This document shows, piece after piece, positions 1-14,209 of a DNA stretch of 64,000 bases; position 1 is the stretch's first letter, and each line of letters starts with the position of its first letter. The DNA comes from Octopus sinensis. Lineage: Eukaryota. A program made the position numbers and the translations under genes. The notes under the pieces are model-generated. The model did no database searches. It saw only the letters and a program-made list of their open reading frames with translations, and was not told where the DNA came from. Location of the stretch: positions 60,264,001 to 60,328,000 of the forward strand of contig NC_043008.1 of the NCBI RefSeq assembly GCF_006345805.1. The letters run 5' to 3'.

Positions 1-122
1 GCCATCAAAGTGACACTGGGGTAAATATACGAAGCCCAATATACCCATCATGACTACCCGTCTGATAAGGGTACACCACGCACATGCATCACAACCATAT
101 GTGCGCGACATGGTGATCTCAT

Positions 123-151
123 TGTTATTATTAGTAGTATTATTATTTTTT

Positions 152-200
<49 letters not shown>

Positions 201-294
201 CACTACTACTACTACCACTACTACTACCACCACTACTACCACCACCACTACTACTGCTGACTACTACTACTACTACTGACTACTACTACTGCTG

Positions 295-338
<44 letters not shown>

Positions 339-385
339 CACCCCCACTACTTACTACTACTACTACTACTACTATTTTATTATTA
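123..385. repeat. Compound trinucleotide microsatellite (TAT/TAG, CTA, CAC)
   Basis: Direct reading of long (CTA)n with CCA interruptions; explains the poly-L and poly-V ORFs at 50-295. Confidence 0.95.
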
Positions 386-388
386 TAT

Positions 389-600
389 AAGGCGGGAAGC
401 TGGCAGAATGCTTAGCGACATTTCTTTCGTCTTTACGGTCTAAGTCGAAATTCTGCCGAGGTCGACTTTGCCTTTCATTCTTTTGGGGGTCGATAAATTT
501 AGTACCAGTGAAACACAGGCAGGGATCGATGCAATCCACTAGTTCCCTCCCCCCCCTCACAAAATTTCAGGCCTTTTGCCTTTAGTAGAAAAGATTATTA
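389..600 (+). mobile_element. tRNA-headed SINE family A, monomer with tail type 2
   Basis: ggcgggaagctggcagaa head, core gaggtcgactttgcctttcattcttttgggggtcgataaat..agtaccagt shared with about 10 other copies; ends agtagaaaagattatta. Confidence 0.85.
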
Positions 601-1495
601 TAATTAGTATATCAGCCTCATCATCATCAACAACGACAAAAACAACAACGAAAATAAATGCATTTCCCATTTTATTCCTGTTTTAAATTTTTCCAGTTTT
701 CCACTATATCTCTGAACTTTTATTCATTATTCCCATGATTCTATTATTTATTGAATACATTTATGCATATATGTATTCGTTTAAATGACGTTTGCATATA
801 TACGTAACAGATAAACACTCATATGTATACATATATCCACATAGACACACACATATATACATATATGTGTGCCCGTATATATATATATATATATATATTA
901 TATAATATATATATATATACATGCATACATTCATAGGTACATATACATATATATTTGCATATTTTATTCGGTTCGTTTCTATTTTTCAATCTCACTTTGT
1001 TACTAAGTACTCGTTATTTCTTTATCATATAAGTTTTTCTGTTATATATGTTTTGTTTTTTTTTCGAAACCAGCTTGTGAATTTACCTTCCAGCAACTTG
1101 AGTTGGCAGAATATGGGGATCTGTAAGTATGTGCATGTACGGCTTAAATACGTATATACATATTGGCATACATACATAATTAAAATTACATTCATATATA
1201 CACGTGCATATACATGCATATATATGTCGTAAATATACATGTATTCGTAAACATTATTCGTATACATTGTTTGTGTGTGGACAACGTATATGAATTTATA
1301 CACGCAGCCACACGTATACACACACGCACACGCACACGCACACGTATTTATATGTATATGTATGCATACATATGCATATATATACCTATTTACATATAAA
1401 TATACGAATATATGCACAAATGTAGGTGCGTGCGTGAATACATGTATACATATATATGTGTGAATACATATATATGCATATATATTCTTATGTAT

Positions 1496-1539
<44 letters not shown>

Positions 1540-1991
1540 TGTCTGTGTGTATACATATATACAATTACACACCCAATTCTACATGGAAATACACATACAC
1601 ATACACAGACATGCGGATATGCCTACGTTTAATATGCACAGAATTATATAAAAGATCATTTAATGCTTGAATTTTAATATAATGGCAGAAGTGGGATTTC
1701 GTTCAGAGCTTGCAGAAAAATAATTACAATGAAACATAAAATAAGATTAAAATATATACTCGTAAATTATGGATGCAGAGTCGAGGCTTCACTGAAAAAC
1801 TAGATTCCCGTTTGTCAGATTATTTATATTTATAAATTATAGGTGTTTTATTTTACCTTTAGATATCTTATATTTTTAATGAAATTTTCTGAATGTAGCT
1901 AGAACGGTGGAAATACGTATTTCTTTACATATAAATACTTACATATTTGTCCTCATAAATTTGCATTCATCCGTCCATCCCTACATCCATC

Positions 1992-2042
<51 letters not shown>

Positions 2043-2240
2043 GCATGTATGTATATATATGTGTATATATATATGCATATCGTACTACGCAAATATATAC
2101 ATATATATTTAAATATACACATGTATGTATATATGCACATATATGTAAATACACATTTATTATATATACGCATGTATGTTTATATACATGTATAGATATA
2201 TAGGCGTATCGATATACTTATGTATATATTACTCATATTA

Positions 2241-2284
<44 letters not shown>

Positions 2285-2441
2285 TTATATATATATATAT
2301 ACAGATATATTTATGTGCCTATATACATACACTTATGTATATATACAGATATATTTATGTGTTTATATGCACATTACATAAAAACATATGTGGTTGTGCA
2401 TGTATATATAGATAGGGATAGAATTATATATACGTACATTC

Positions 2442-2499
<58 letters not shown>

Positions 2500-2819
2500 T
2501 GAGTGTATATGCTTGCACAATTGAAACATATGCACGAGTGTGCGCGGATGCCTATATTAATTGTATTGAATCCTTCTATAAGGCTCTTGAGATGTAGAAT
2601 ATATTGAAAATTGGATACAGAGAGGAAAGAATGCTCTTGGTTCTATTAAAATTACTTTCGTGTTTCATATAGCAACGAAATATATTCACTTCAAACACTG
2701 AATTCATGTTATTAAATTTAGACAACCAGAAAGCATTGTTCAATTGTATATGTTGGTGTTTCTCTGCAGAATGAACATTACGTCTTCTGATACAAACAGA
2801 CACACACCCACACACACAC

Positions 2820-2820
2820 G

Positions 2821-2903
<83 letters not shown>

Positions 2904-2970
2904 GTCTATATATCTATCTACCTATCTTTCTGTCTATATATCTATCTATCTGACCGTGTTTATCTACCTA

Positions 2971-3007
<37 letters not shown>

Positions 3008-3030
3008 GTCTGTCTGTCTGTCTCTCTCTC
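2820..3030. repeat. (TCTA)n/(TCTG)n microsatellite
   Basis: Direct reading. Confidence 0.95.
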
Positions 3031-3424
3031 TTTTTATATATATATATATACATGCGTATAGTATGTATCTACATTTGAGAGTAAGTGTGTATGTGTGTGA
3101 GTGTGTGTGTGCACGTGTCTTTTAGTGTGCTGGATCTATATAAGGCCCAAACTGTATTCTCTGTGACGATTGAAGGACTAGTGCAGCAGCAAGAATAAGA
3201 AGTTCCACCTTCGAGACTTCGTATGTGTTTTACATATATGTGTGTGTGTTTTTGCATGTGTGTGTTGCTATGCAGGCGTGCGCGTGTGTATTATTTAAAA
3301 CTGTTCGACTTTCGGCTCTATGCGACTTAAAGTCTCGCTGGCCTCAGGTTTTAGATTACCGAATTCGGTAAAGCCTGATATTTGGTGGAATGAAGCCACT
3401 CGATTACATCTGCTCCTGTCTTCA

Positions 3425-3540
3425 GCAGGTACTTATTCCACGGACCCTGAAAGGGGATTGAGAAGTCAGAGCGTAAAGACGGATGAAATTGTGCTAATCA
3501 CTTTATCCGGCTTACTGACGATCCTGCCAGCTTGTGGCCC
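3425..3540 (-). mobile_element. Degenerate SINE-A copy
   Basis: caggtacttatt...gaccctgaaagg...cagagcgtaaagacggatgaaat...gacgatcctgccagcttg matches the reverse complement of the SINE-A core and head. Confidence 0.7.
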
Positions 3541-3547
3541 TATTATC

Positions 3548-3708
3548 AACAATAACAATAACAACAACAGCAACAACAACAGCAGCAGTAACAACAACAA
3601 CAATAACAACAACAACACCAGCAGCAGCAGCAACAACATCAACAAAATGTCTATTTTTCCCTATGAAATATCCACATTAGACACCGTATAATATATGTCT
3701 ATATAGAT

Positions 3709-3761
<53 letters not shown>

Positions 3762-3782
3762 TATATACATATAGATAGATAA

Positions 3783-3873
<91 letters not shown>

Positions 3874-3874
3874 T

Positions 3875-3921
<47 letters not shown>

Positions 3922-3945
3922 CATAAATAGATAGATAGAAAGATA
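3548..3945. repeat. Microsatellite cluster: (AAC/AGC)n, (TA)n, (GATA)n
   Basis: Direct reading; source of the poly-N/S and SIYL-repeat ORFs. Confidence 0.9.
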
Positions 3946-4865
3946 ATGCATACACTCATACATATATATATATGTGCCTCCTTGTGTCCGGCTGTTTGTG
4001 CGTGCGTATGTATAATTTATCTTTTGCGTTGCCATTACACAATATCTATTAGTGTTCCATTCAGTTATATATATCTCGCTATATTTTCCTCTATTTTTGT
4101 TTCCTTATAATCTTAGAAAGTAATTTCTTGGCACAATAAAAGTTATTTATTAAATTACATCTCAATTTTTTTCCTTCGTCGTTGAACTGAAGTAAACTTA
4201 CATAGTTATTTCCTGAGAATATAGATCAAACATTAAGCTACAATAAATTTCAATAGATTTCGTTTTAGCTATACAACTAAGCATTTACTATTCACACATA
4301 TTTGACTTATGACAAGAAAATTGACTTACACTTTAGCAGATTATTTCTCCAAGAACCCTTATCTACTTACACGGACATTCAAGTATTTTTAATTTTCTCC
4401 TTTAAATATTTGTTGATCTATTTAGATTATTCTAACAACCCTAGACTTCGTTTATTTATTATTTAAACAAATATCACAGGAATATTCCATATACTACGCT
4501 GATAGTTTCTTGTTAGAACACTGCACCTAACCATTAGGCCTGCCCCCCAGCCCCGTACAGAAAGCCTGCTCCTATATTCTATTCAGAGACATATATAAAC
4601 GTTGTGTTATTTCATTCCTTTTACCATTTTGAATGTTCTGAAGACGAAACTCTGTAGATATAGAGTATTTACTGAGCAGTTAGTTTGTTCTTCGGTAAAT
4701 ATGGGAATGGAAATACGAAAATAAACAAATATCAACAAAAGATAAGAACAATGTAGTACATACATGCATTCATACATACATACATACGTGAGTATAATAT
4801 GGGTATAAAATACATATTATATATATATATATATATATAATATATATATTATATATATATATATA

Positions 4866-5225
4866 TGCTAGCTACAGTTATTGGATTGCGGCCATCAGTG
4901 AATGTTGATTTGAAAGTCGAACAAATGAAGCCCAGTATTTATTTTTCTAAAGCCTAGTACACTAGTACTCATTCTATTGCCTCTTTCTGCTGAACCACTA
5001 CGTTACGTGTACATAAACAGATCAACACTGTATCTCAAGCAGTTGTGTGTGCAACTACACACATACACACACAAGAAGTACACATATATGAAATGCTTCT
5101 TTCAGTTTCCTCTACCAAAACCACCCACAACGATTATAGTGGAATGCACTCACCCAAGGTGTCACGCAGTAGGACTGATCTTATGAAGTTAGTCGGGAAG
5201 CAAACTTCTCAACCACACAGCCACC
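4866..5225 (-). mobile_element. Degenerate SINE family B copy
   Basis: gattgcggccat..., gcctagtac.., ttctttcagtttcc.ctaccaaa.., cacgcagtaggactga.. and ccacacagccac are collinear with the intact copy at 8933-9337. Confidence 0.75.
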
Positions 5226-6579
5226 CCTGCAGGTATCCATCCATCCACCATCCATCTCTGTCATTCTCTCTTTTTGTATACACACAAACACACACACAGA
5301 CACACATCTATATACATCTATATATTTTAATTTTTTACAGATGAGTTTTGACCCAAATTATAGCGAAACTATCATTGCAGTTCTAGATAAATATATGTAC
5401 GTTCATCAATTTTGGTATCGTCAATGTTATGAGTTCTTTTATATTCATTCCCTTGCGGCGATTGCCTCTCATTCGCCGCTGGGTAGACCGAGTGAAATTT
5501 TATTTTGATGATAAACTGCTCTGAAGTTTTATTTCAACGCAACTAAACTAAAATGTATAAATATTGAGAAAAAATTTAATAAGTATTTTCATGTATAAAT
5601 AATCTGGAATAACAACATTTAGAAAACAAAGGATTTCGGAAAATATCAATATGCAATATATTGGTAAACTTATTGTGATTGTTTTTTAAGTCGATGTCTG
5701 TTACATTATATAACAGATTAACGTTTCTATAATGTTTTTCGATGAAAAAAATATAATTTAATGCGGCAAAAAGGTCTGCTTCTACACAACTAACTTGGAT
5801 TTAAACAACAAATACTTAGATTGGAATATCGTCTACGTATTCGATTCTCTGCACTTGATGATTTACTCATTCGAATTCATGTTTCAAAGTATGCTCGGAT
5901 CCCCGAGTCTAGATATCTGTACACACACACACACACTCACTCACTCACTATAGTGGTTAAATATATTGTTAAGGCCACCATTTCGTCTATCGCAGCAGCT
6001 TCCAAGCTTTACCACTAATTCAGTTCTCAACTAAACTGCAAACTGTTAGCAGTTTTAAAGAGGACACCTCCTCAGCTACACTTTGGCATAAATAGTTTGA
6101 GATTTGGTTCAGTAGGAAAAAAGGTTACATCAAAATATTTCAGACCTGAAGTGGGCAGTAAGGCAGATATTCACCTTCAATTAACATAAATTTTTTAATT
6201 TCAAATTAAAAGTATACTTTTCTCAGGCTTTTTTTCGTTGAATGAATTCCTGTGACCTCCTAATATTGCGCAATTAGGTTACTTCAGGTGAGCCTGGTAA
6301 CTGATGGTTTTGGGGTCTTGATGTTTGTAATTTTTGATGAGCCATGGTGCATCCAACATGGTAAAGATCCCTGCCATAATTTGGTGTGGATGGGTAATAT
6401 CAAATAATTCCTTCACAACATATATTTAAATTAAACATATAAAAAATTTAATATTATCATATCTTACATAGATAAATTGAAATATTATCTTTCAGCATTT
6501 CATAAGGTAAAATATTAAATTATTAATTGAAACATTATCAATTATCTCATAACAGCAATGTCTGGAAAAATCATGGATT

Positions 6580-7082
6580 ACATATAAAAAATGTGAGCAT
6601 GAGAAGTAATGTTCTTAAGGTTATAAACCTGGAAAAGTATAGAACAGGTGTAAAAGTATAGGACAAGCTATTACTTCTAGTAAAGAACAATAAACGTTTA
6701 ACTAAAAATATTGCAGCTAAAATTAAAATTTGAATATTAAAACTTATTTTATTATAGTTTACAAATAACACTATACTTATTTAAGTAGAATTTGGCTAAT
6801 TTACTACCTTAAATACAGAAAAAGTGACTAATTAGACAAACTTACAAATTAGCAGAACAGTTTTGTACAATAAATTTAAAAGATGAAAACAGTAAAGAGT
6901 GATAAATTACAAGAACCGGCATTCTTTGCTGCAATATTTTAATTAAAAATGTTTTGTATTCTTTACTTTGCTAGAAGTAATAGCTTGTCCTATACTTTTA
7001 CAGGTGAAATAAATTGTTCTGAACTTTTCCAGGGTTATAATCTTAAGAATATGACTTTCTCTGCTCGCATTTCTCCATATAA
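6580..7082. repeat. Foldback/MITE-like inverted repeat with about 140-bp arms
   Basis: 6649-6680 is the exact reverse complement of 6971-7002 (32 bp); imperfect pairing extends over about 6580-6722 versus 6922-7082. Confidence 0.85.
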
Positions 7083-7540
7083 TATATTTACAGATGATTT
7101 AGTTTAGATCAGAAATTTTCAGCGGTTGCAAGCATATGTATAAATATATTATGAAGAATTTGAAATTCCCGCCAATTCCTGATTAACTCGGTGATATCTC
7201 CCCAGCCTTTTACTTCAGGTCTGAGGAGGACAACACTTCTACCATTTTACATTTTACATATTAGTTTTTGTGTTTGTGTTTTCTGTTTTTCAGCTTCCGT
7301 TTTTTGCCTCTGCGTTTTCTACATTCTGTCTTCTCAGGTTTTTCGCGTTTCTTCTCTTATTCATTTTTTTTAGTTTGTTATGGTATGTGGTTTGTGCTCG
7401 ATGAATATGTTTGAGTATTTCTCAACATATGAAACTATTAGTAGCAATTATGTATTTTGTCCTTTAAATAAATGATATTCATCTCTCACCAGATAGAATA
7501 CATTTTTTGTTGAATTTTCTATCACAGAATATTACCTTAT

Positions 7541-7610
<70 letters not shown>

Positions 7611-8555
7611 AATTTTCTGCGTAATAAATATATATATATATATAAATCAGGGTCTGTGCCACTGTCATGACTCTACGTTTAAGATAGTGTCTTAGCTCTC
7701 AAAAATATATGCTGCATATTAAACAATTCCACCGTAATTCTTGTCTGGGCATGCAAAATTTATCGGAATTTGAGAAGTGTCGGAAAGATACGTACACCCG
7801 AAAAGGTGTCTTATCTCTAAAACAATTCTCATCAGAAACAAAAGCAAGAACACCACTCCCAACACCATCATCTCCGCTCAAGCAAACACTCAACAACCAC
7901 ATCTTCTCTAAATTTGACTATAGCATCCTTATTTCCTTTCCATTTCTTTTTTCACGCGATTAAATTATTTTTAAAATAGAATATTTCTAATCTCGTCTGT
8001 TACGTAGTTTAGATAAAACGGCAATAACAGTCTTGATTTATTTTATTAATTCTTAACTTCCTTTATTTTAAAATATTTCAGTATTTTTCTACACTATCAG
8101 TCACATCAATATTAGCCTAACGAATCTTCTTGCTAGAAGTAAGAGTCAAATCTATTTCTTATCACACCCTACTATTCTCAAAATAGGACGAATAGCATTA
8201 CGTAACGTGGGTACATAATGCGAGATAACAAACTAGACTGTCGCGGAAAGAACGCCTGTATAGCAAAAAAATTTATTGGATAGTGGTGTAAATGCTTGCA
8301 GCTGTTATTTTTGTCGTTTTGCACCAATTAGACATCCTTCAAGACATATATTATCCCATGAATTTTTACTAGTGAACTTTATCCTGCACGATATTCTTAT
8401 ACGTATACTTCCTATTTCAAGATGACAGATTAAGATTTGAAGAAAATGTGACAGCTATTTTCAACCAGTTATACAATGATATATAGGCATACTTTTAATC
8501 CAAGGCTTTTAAACAGATGTTTGGTCACGCAGACATTCTTTCATACATATTATAG

Positions 8556-8710
8556 GTGTGGCTGTGTGGTTGAAAAAGATACTTCCCCACCCCACGGCCT
8601 TGAGTAGAGTCCCACCGTGCGGCACTTGGGCAAGTATCTTCTACTGTAGCCCCGAGCAGACCACAGGGTTGTGAATGGCTTTGGTAGTCGATAAGTGAAA
8701 AAAGACTGGT
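8556..8710 (+). mobile_element. SINE-B 5' half (tRNA-like head plus CORE-like segment)
   Basis: gtggctgtgtggtt...gagtcccaccgtgcggcacttgggcaagtatcttctactgtagcc. Confidence 0.75.
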
Positions 8711-8932
8711 GCGCGCGCACGAACTCACATACGCACACAGAGATACACACATACACACACAGACTCATCGAGAACCACGCAGACAAACGAAGAAGCAAAT
8801 AGACACACACACATACACGCACGCACATATATATACACGTATATGAATCTACGTGTATTGGTGTGAAATTGTGTTCCATCGTCTCCCACCGCATACCAAC
8901 TAGTGCTATTTTCTTTATGCCTCTGTATATAC

Positions 8933-9136
8933 TTTTTACTTGTTTCAGTCACTTGACTACGGCTATGCTGGAGCACCACCTTTAGTCGAGAAAATCGACC
9001 CCGGGACTTATTCTTTGTAAGCCCAGTACTTATTCTATCGGTCTCTTTTTGCCGAACCGCTAAGTGACGTAAACACACCAGCATCGGTTGTCAAGCGATG
9101 GTGGGGGGACAAACACAGACACACAAACATATACAT

Positions 9137-9177
<41 letters not shown>

Positions 9178-9337
9178 TGCGACAGGCTTCTTTCAGTTTC
9201 CGTCTACCAAATCCACTCACAAGGCATTGGTTGGCTATAGCAGAAGACACTTGCCCAAGATGCCACGCAGTGGGACTGAACCCGGAACCATGTGACTGGT
9301 AAGCAAGCTACTTACCACACAGCCACTCCTGCGCCTA
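8933..9337 (-). mobile_element. Near full-length SINE family B (tRNA-like head, CORE-like (c)cttgggcaag motif, internal microsatellite, LINE-like tail)
   Basis: Minus strand reads A-box-like TGGCTGTGTGG and B-box-like GGTTCAGTCC; tail ggtgctccagcatagccgtagtcaagtgactgaaacaagtaaaaa; collinear with the 61.7 and 63.4 kb copies. Confidence 0.9.
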
Positions 9338-9345
9338 TATATATG

Positions 9346-9376
<31 letters not shown>

Positions 9377-9711
9377 GCATATATATATATATATATTAAT
9401 ATACAGGGTGCGGCAGAAATACCTCCCTCAGGTTAAACTTTCACTTATGTGTTGCTAATGAACTTATGGAAGTGCCAATGATGTTTACATTTATCTAATG
9501 AAGAAAAACTGTAACCCTTTGTGTAAACAACAGTAACATTAAGTTTTCAGAAATGTCGCTTCTTTCTCCTTTTGTCAAACTTTCAAATGTCGGTGGTTGG
9601 TATTTATATATATATATATATAGGTAGATATATATATATATATAGGTAGATATAATATATATATGAACTTTATATATATATATATATATATATACATACG
9701 TGTGATATAGA

Positions 9712-9782
<71 letters not shown>

Positions 9783-10281
9783 AAGAGAGAGAGATAGAGA
9801 GAGAGAAAGAAAGAGAAGTTGGGGGAGAAAAGAAAGGGATCGCATTATATTTCACGTCTGTACATGCTCTAAGTATGTACTCACCCCATAAATTTGTGCA
9901 CGTGTATATATTTAGTATATGAATAGCGTTCATGTGAATAATTTATTGATTTAGCAGATCATAGGTTTTGATTTCAAACCTCTAACTATCTTATTGACTC
10001 TAATATATATAATATTTAGAATGCCCATACATACGCTCACAAACACACACACACACACCTATAGACATATATATATATAGACACATATATATATATACGC
10101 AGATGGGTGCTTTTGAATTATTGCTCTCTTCATCGTTGTCTTTCGCAAACAGTTAACGGCCACCGTAGATTCAGCTTGATTTCTATTCTATAAATAATCT
10201 TCGTTGTTTATGTTGTTATAATTCTTTTTCTCCAACACAGATTCATTCATGCATGATAAACATTAAGCAACAAGACAGATC

Positions 10282-10319
<38 letters not shown>

Positions 10320-10827
10320 TTATATACATTGCTACCTTACGGATGAGCGGGGTAGAGTGGGCAAGCCTGCTATAAATATATGCGAGTCTGGGTGTGTATG
10401 ATGTGATAAGAAGAGGATATTTCAGGAGAATTTTCATAGGAGAAAATGTTATCTGTTCTTTAATTTCATTTGGCGTCGTCGTATTATTTTCCAGAGTAAA
10501 CTTATGAGTCTCTAAATGATATACATATATATATATATATCACTCACTACCTCCCCTTATTTAGAAATCTCCTGAAAATAAACACAACGATAACTCCATG
10601 CAATATAACATAACGTCACAAGAAATTTGAAAAGCTACACGCGAAACCGGTAATTTCTTTAAAATTTTAAAATTATGTCATTTTAAGAAGAAAAAAAAGT
10701 TTTTCCAATATTCTCCAGACATTTTGACACAAATATATATATTTTTTAACATTTAAGCCTTCTGTCGTTTTTTTCACACTTACTATTTTCTTATATATTC
10801 ACCCACGTGCTTTACCAAACAAACTTT

Positions 10828-10893
<66 letters not shown>

Positions 10894-12455
10894 TATATAT
10901 ATATATATACATATATATAGTACATATATATATAATATATATGTGTGTGTGTGTATATATGTATGTATATTATATATGTGTAACAAAACAGGAAATTCGA
11001 GATTTTGTGTATTTTCATTATTACACCATTACTGTTGTTTCATTGCTAATAGGAAATACAGTTTGATATGTGAGATGGACTTTGTAAAATCTAATATAGG
11101 GCATGTGGCTTCTTGCAGGAATAAAAAAAACAATGATACTAAACATTTATTGTCTGTTCCTTCTCGAGTCATGCCTGGCTCATATATATATATGAATGTA
11201 TGTTTGTGCGAGTATGTGTCTGCGTATTAAAACCGTGAAAATTACCTGAAAAACGGAATCGTTACGAAGTATGGGCAAACGATAGATTTTGTATATTTGT
11301 GCATTTTCTGTCTACTAAAGGAATTAGTTTACCCGAATCTAACAAGATATCCGCTCAAGCTATCACGAATTGTGATCGAACGCGCAACCAATTAATTGCG
11401 AATCAAATTTCTCAACAACACAGCAATGTCTGCTCCCATTACTGCAATAAATGAGAAGACAACGAACGTGTGTAAATATGTTAATATTAAATATTCCCCA
11501 GAATCGACTTTAGTTTTGCTATGTACAACAATCAAACATTGTTTAGTCATGAAATTTCAAGTTGAATTTTAAATTTCTTTTTCATCATAGAAAGTTCATT
11601 ATGCACAACGTTAACTGTATTAAATAACAGCTTAATTTAGTGACTGTATTATGGGTTCTCTGCTTCTTTTCATGTACATGAAATTCGCGTACACACTTTT
11701 ACATGCACACATGTAATGGTGACAATACACACACACACATACAAGCAAAAATATACTATGAAATCTATTGATCATGTTGGAGTAAAAAGAAAAAAACAGA
11801 AAGGAAAATGAAAAATCAAAGAATATCTTTTTCTTTATGTAACGTAATCCAATTTCTTGCTAATTCTCTTAGTTCTTCATTTGATCCGTGGAAATTTGAT
11901 GTTTATGTATTCCAAACATTGAAATAATGTCAGATTTTATAAGCATCAGAACATTAAGAATGAAAAAAGAAATGTTAAACATGTGCCTTTTTGTATTTCA
12001 TTTGGTTTCTGAAAAAAAAAATCATTAGATTATATTCATTCAGCGACGTATTATGGCCCCAAATTAGTTACAAGTCTTCAAAAGCTAATTCTTGTGTTAA
12101 GGAATAATTTTCTAATAAAATCTAATATTTCACAGAATTGACAAACATTGCATTTAATTTAAACTTGGTGAAGGTATTTTCTCTTAATTACATATTAACT
12201 GATAAACACCCACGCAAATAAACACCCGCAACTCGTCTTAACATCTAGACGCATATGCATATGCAATAACTACACATATGCTATATATATACATATGTGT
12301 GTGTGTGTGTGTGTGTATATATATTTCTATGTATGTATGTATGTATGTATCTATCTATCTCTATATATACGCGCACAGAATCTGAGACAAAAACAGACAT
12401 TGACACACATAATATTATATATAAAACAGATGTAGATATATGTATATGTATACAC

Positions 12456-12504
<49 letters not shown>

Positions 12505-12568
12505 TATATATATACATGCATATTTATATATATATGTATATATATATATATATATATTATATATATTA

Positions 12569-12601
<33 letters not shown>

Positions 12602-13213
12602 GTTAACGTGCATATATACATCAATGTATTAACTTGTATAGAGAGATAAAGTAAGAATTTTCTATGCTCAAGGAATGAATAGCATCTCTTAAACCTAATT
12701 AACTCACTAAACCTAAGCAAACAGACTCTGAATTCTTCAGTATGTGTTGTAAATGTATTTAAATAAACCCCATAGAAATCAGCATCCTCTCTCTCTCTCC
12801 TTTTCAGTTCCAGAGTAAAAGGAACATTTGCCAAAGTATTGAGATGATTATCAAAAGTTAAAGAGATGACACCGCGGCTTAAACGTAAGGTCACGCATAC
12901 AGGTCTCATTATACTGGCTTTATTGTTACTGTAACACAGCCGCCCGCTGGAATAGCCCATCAGATCAACCCCAGTTTTGGATCTGTTATTTATTCTTTCG
13001 ATCTCGTTTTGCCTAACTGCTTAATTATGTGAAACTAAAGAAGCCAACACTGCTTGGCAAGCGGTAGAAGGGCAGGCTCGCTCACACACACACACACATA
13101 TATACACACACACCCAGAATAATATATAAGATGCTGAAGCAGTTGTTTATACCTTCAAAGCAGTTATAAATACTACATATACATATACATGCATACATAC
13201 ATATATATATCTA

Positions 13214-13362
13214 TATATATTAGAAGAAATAAGGTACTCAGTATTATGGATGGTTTTATATTTACAGATTTTTATTAATATCTCACATGTTTTTATAAAT
13301 CATATATTACCGCTTGCATCCACTCTAGTACATTCTCAGATTCTCCAAACATTCTAATATAT
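13214..13362. mobile_element. Possible short MITE-like insertion in a (TA)n tract
   Basis: About 140 bp of complex sequence bounded by tattagaa/ttctaata inverted ends inside TA runs; weak support. Confidence 0.3.
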
Positions 13363-13445
13363 ATATATATAGATATATATATATATATATACGTTTAAAT
13401 ATTTGTTGTGCAAGATTTTTTATGTGAAGTCGTGTGTTGAAACAG

Positions 13446-13584
13446 ATATTGTTATATTTCGGAATGGTCATTTTGCCAGTTTAGCCAATAAAGATTAATG
13501 TAAAAAATAAATAACACTGAAGCAAAGTGCGTGTGTTTTTATTGGCTAAACTGGCAAAATGACCATTCCGAAATATAACAATAT
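13446..13584. repeat. Perfect 47-bp inverted repeat with 45-bp spacer
   Basis: 13446-13492 (atattgttatatttcggaatggtcattttgccagtttagccaataaa) is the exact reverse complement of 13538-13584. Confidence 0.95.
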
Positions 13585-13613
13585 ATATATATATATAATA
13601 TATCTATATATAT

Positions 13614-13656
<43 letters not shown>

Positions 13657-14144
13657 ATATATATATATATATATATGTATAGTTATGGTATATTCTGTTA
13701 AGAACGTAGTAAGTACAGTATAAATCTCGTTCACCTTCAGATGTAGCCTGTGCTATCCAGTAGTAGTATTATTCGTACTCTAGGCTTGCGTTTGGACATC
13801 CGTCGTATGTGAATAGATAATTGAAAAAAAATAGATTCAACAAGAAGTAGTACGGTTGCACATTTTTGTCTGAATCACTACAATTGTTGACACGCAACGT
13901 AGTTCTCCAGGCGTGAGGGAATTGATTATGCAGACAATATTTACAGAGACAATATTTACATATCATCTGAGGAAACACAACTAGACCTCATAATACAGGG
14001 AAGCGGTTGCATAAGCAACTAACTGCAGGCCTGGAGGACTACGTTGTATGGAGAAAATTGTAATGATAAAACAAAAATGTCCAACCGTACACCTTGTTGA
14101 TTCCAATTTTTTTCAATTACACACACACACATATGTGTGTGTAC

Positions 14145-14209
<65 letters not shown>

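Noticed and set aside
1-122. Complex sequence at the window edge resembling a dispersed repeat fragment
   Set aside because: Truncated by the window with no second copy here, so it cannot be classified from the sequence.
3126-3220. Exon-like segment (ttttag…gtatgt) reading VLDLYKAQTVFSVTIEGLVQQQE*
   Set aside because: Stops occur in all frames, there is no recognisable homology, and no linked exons were found.
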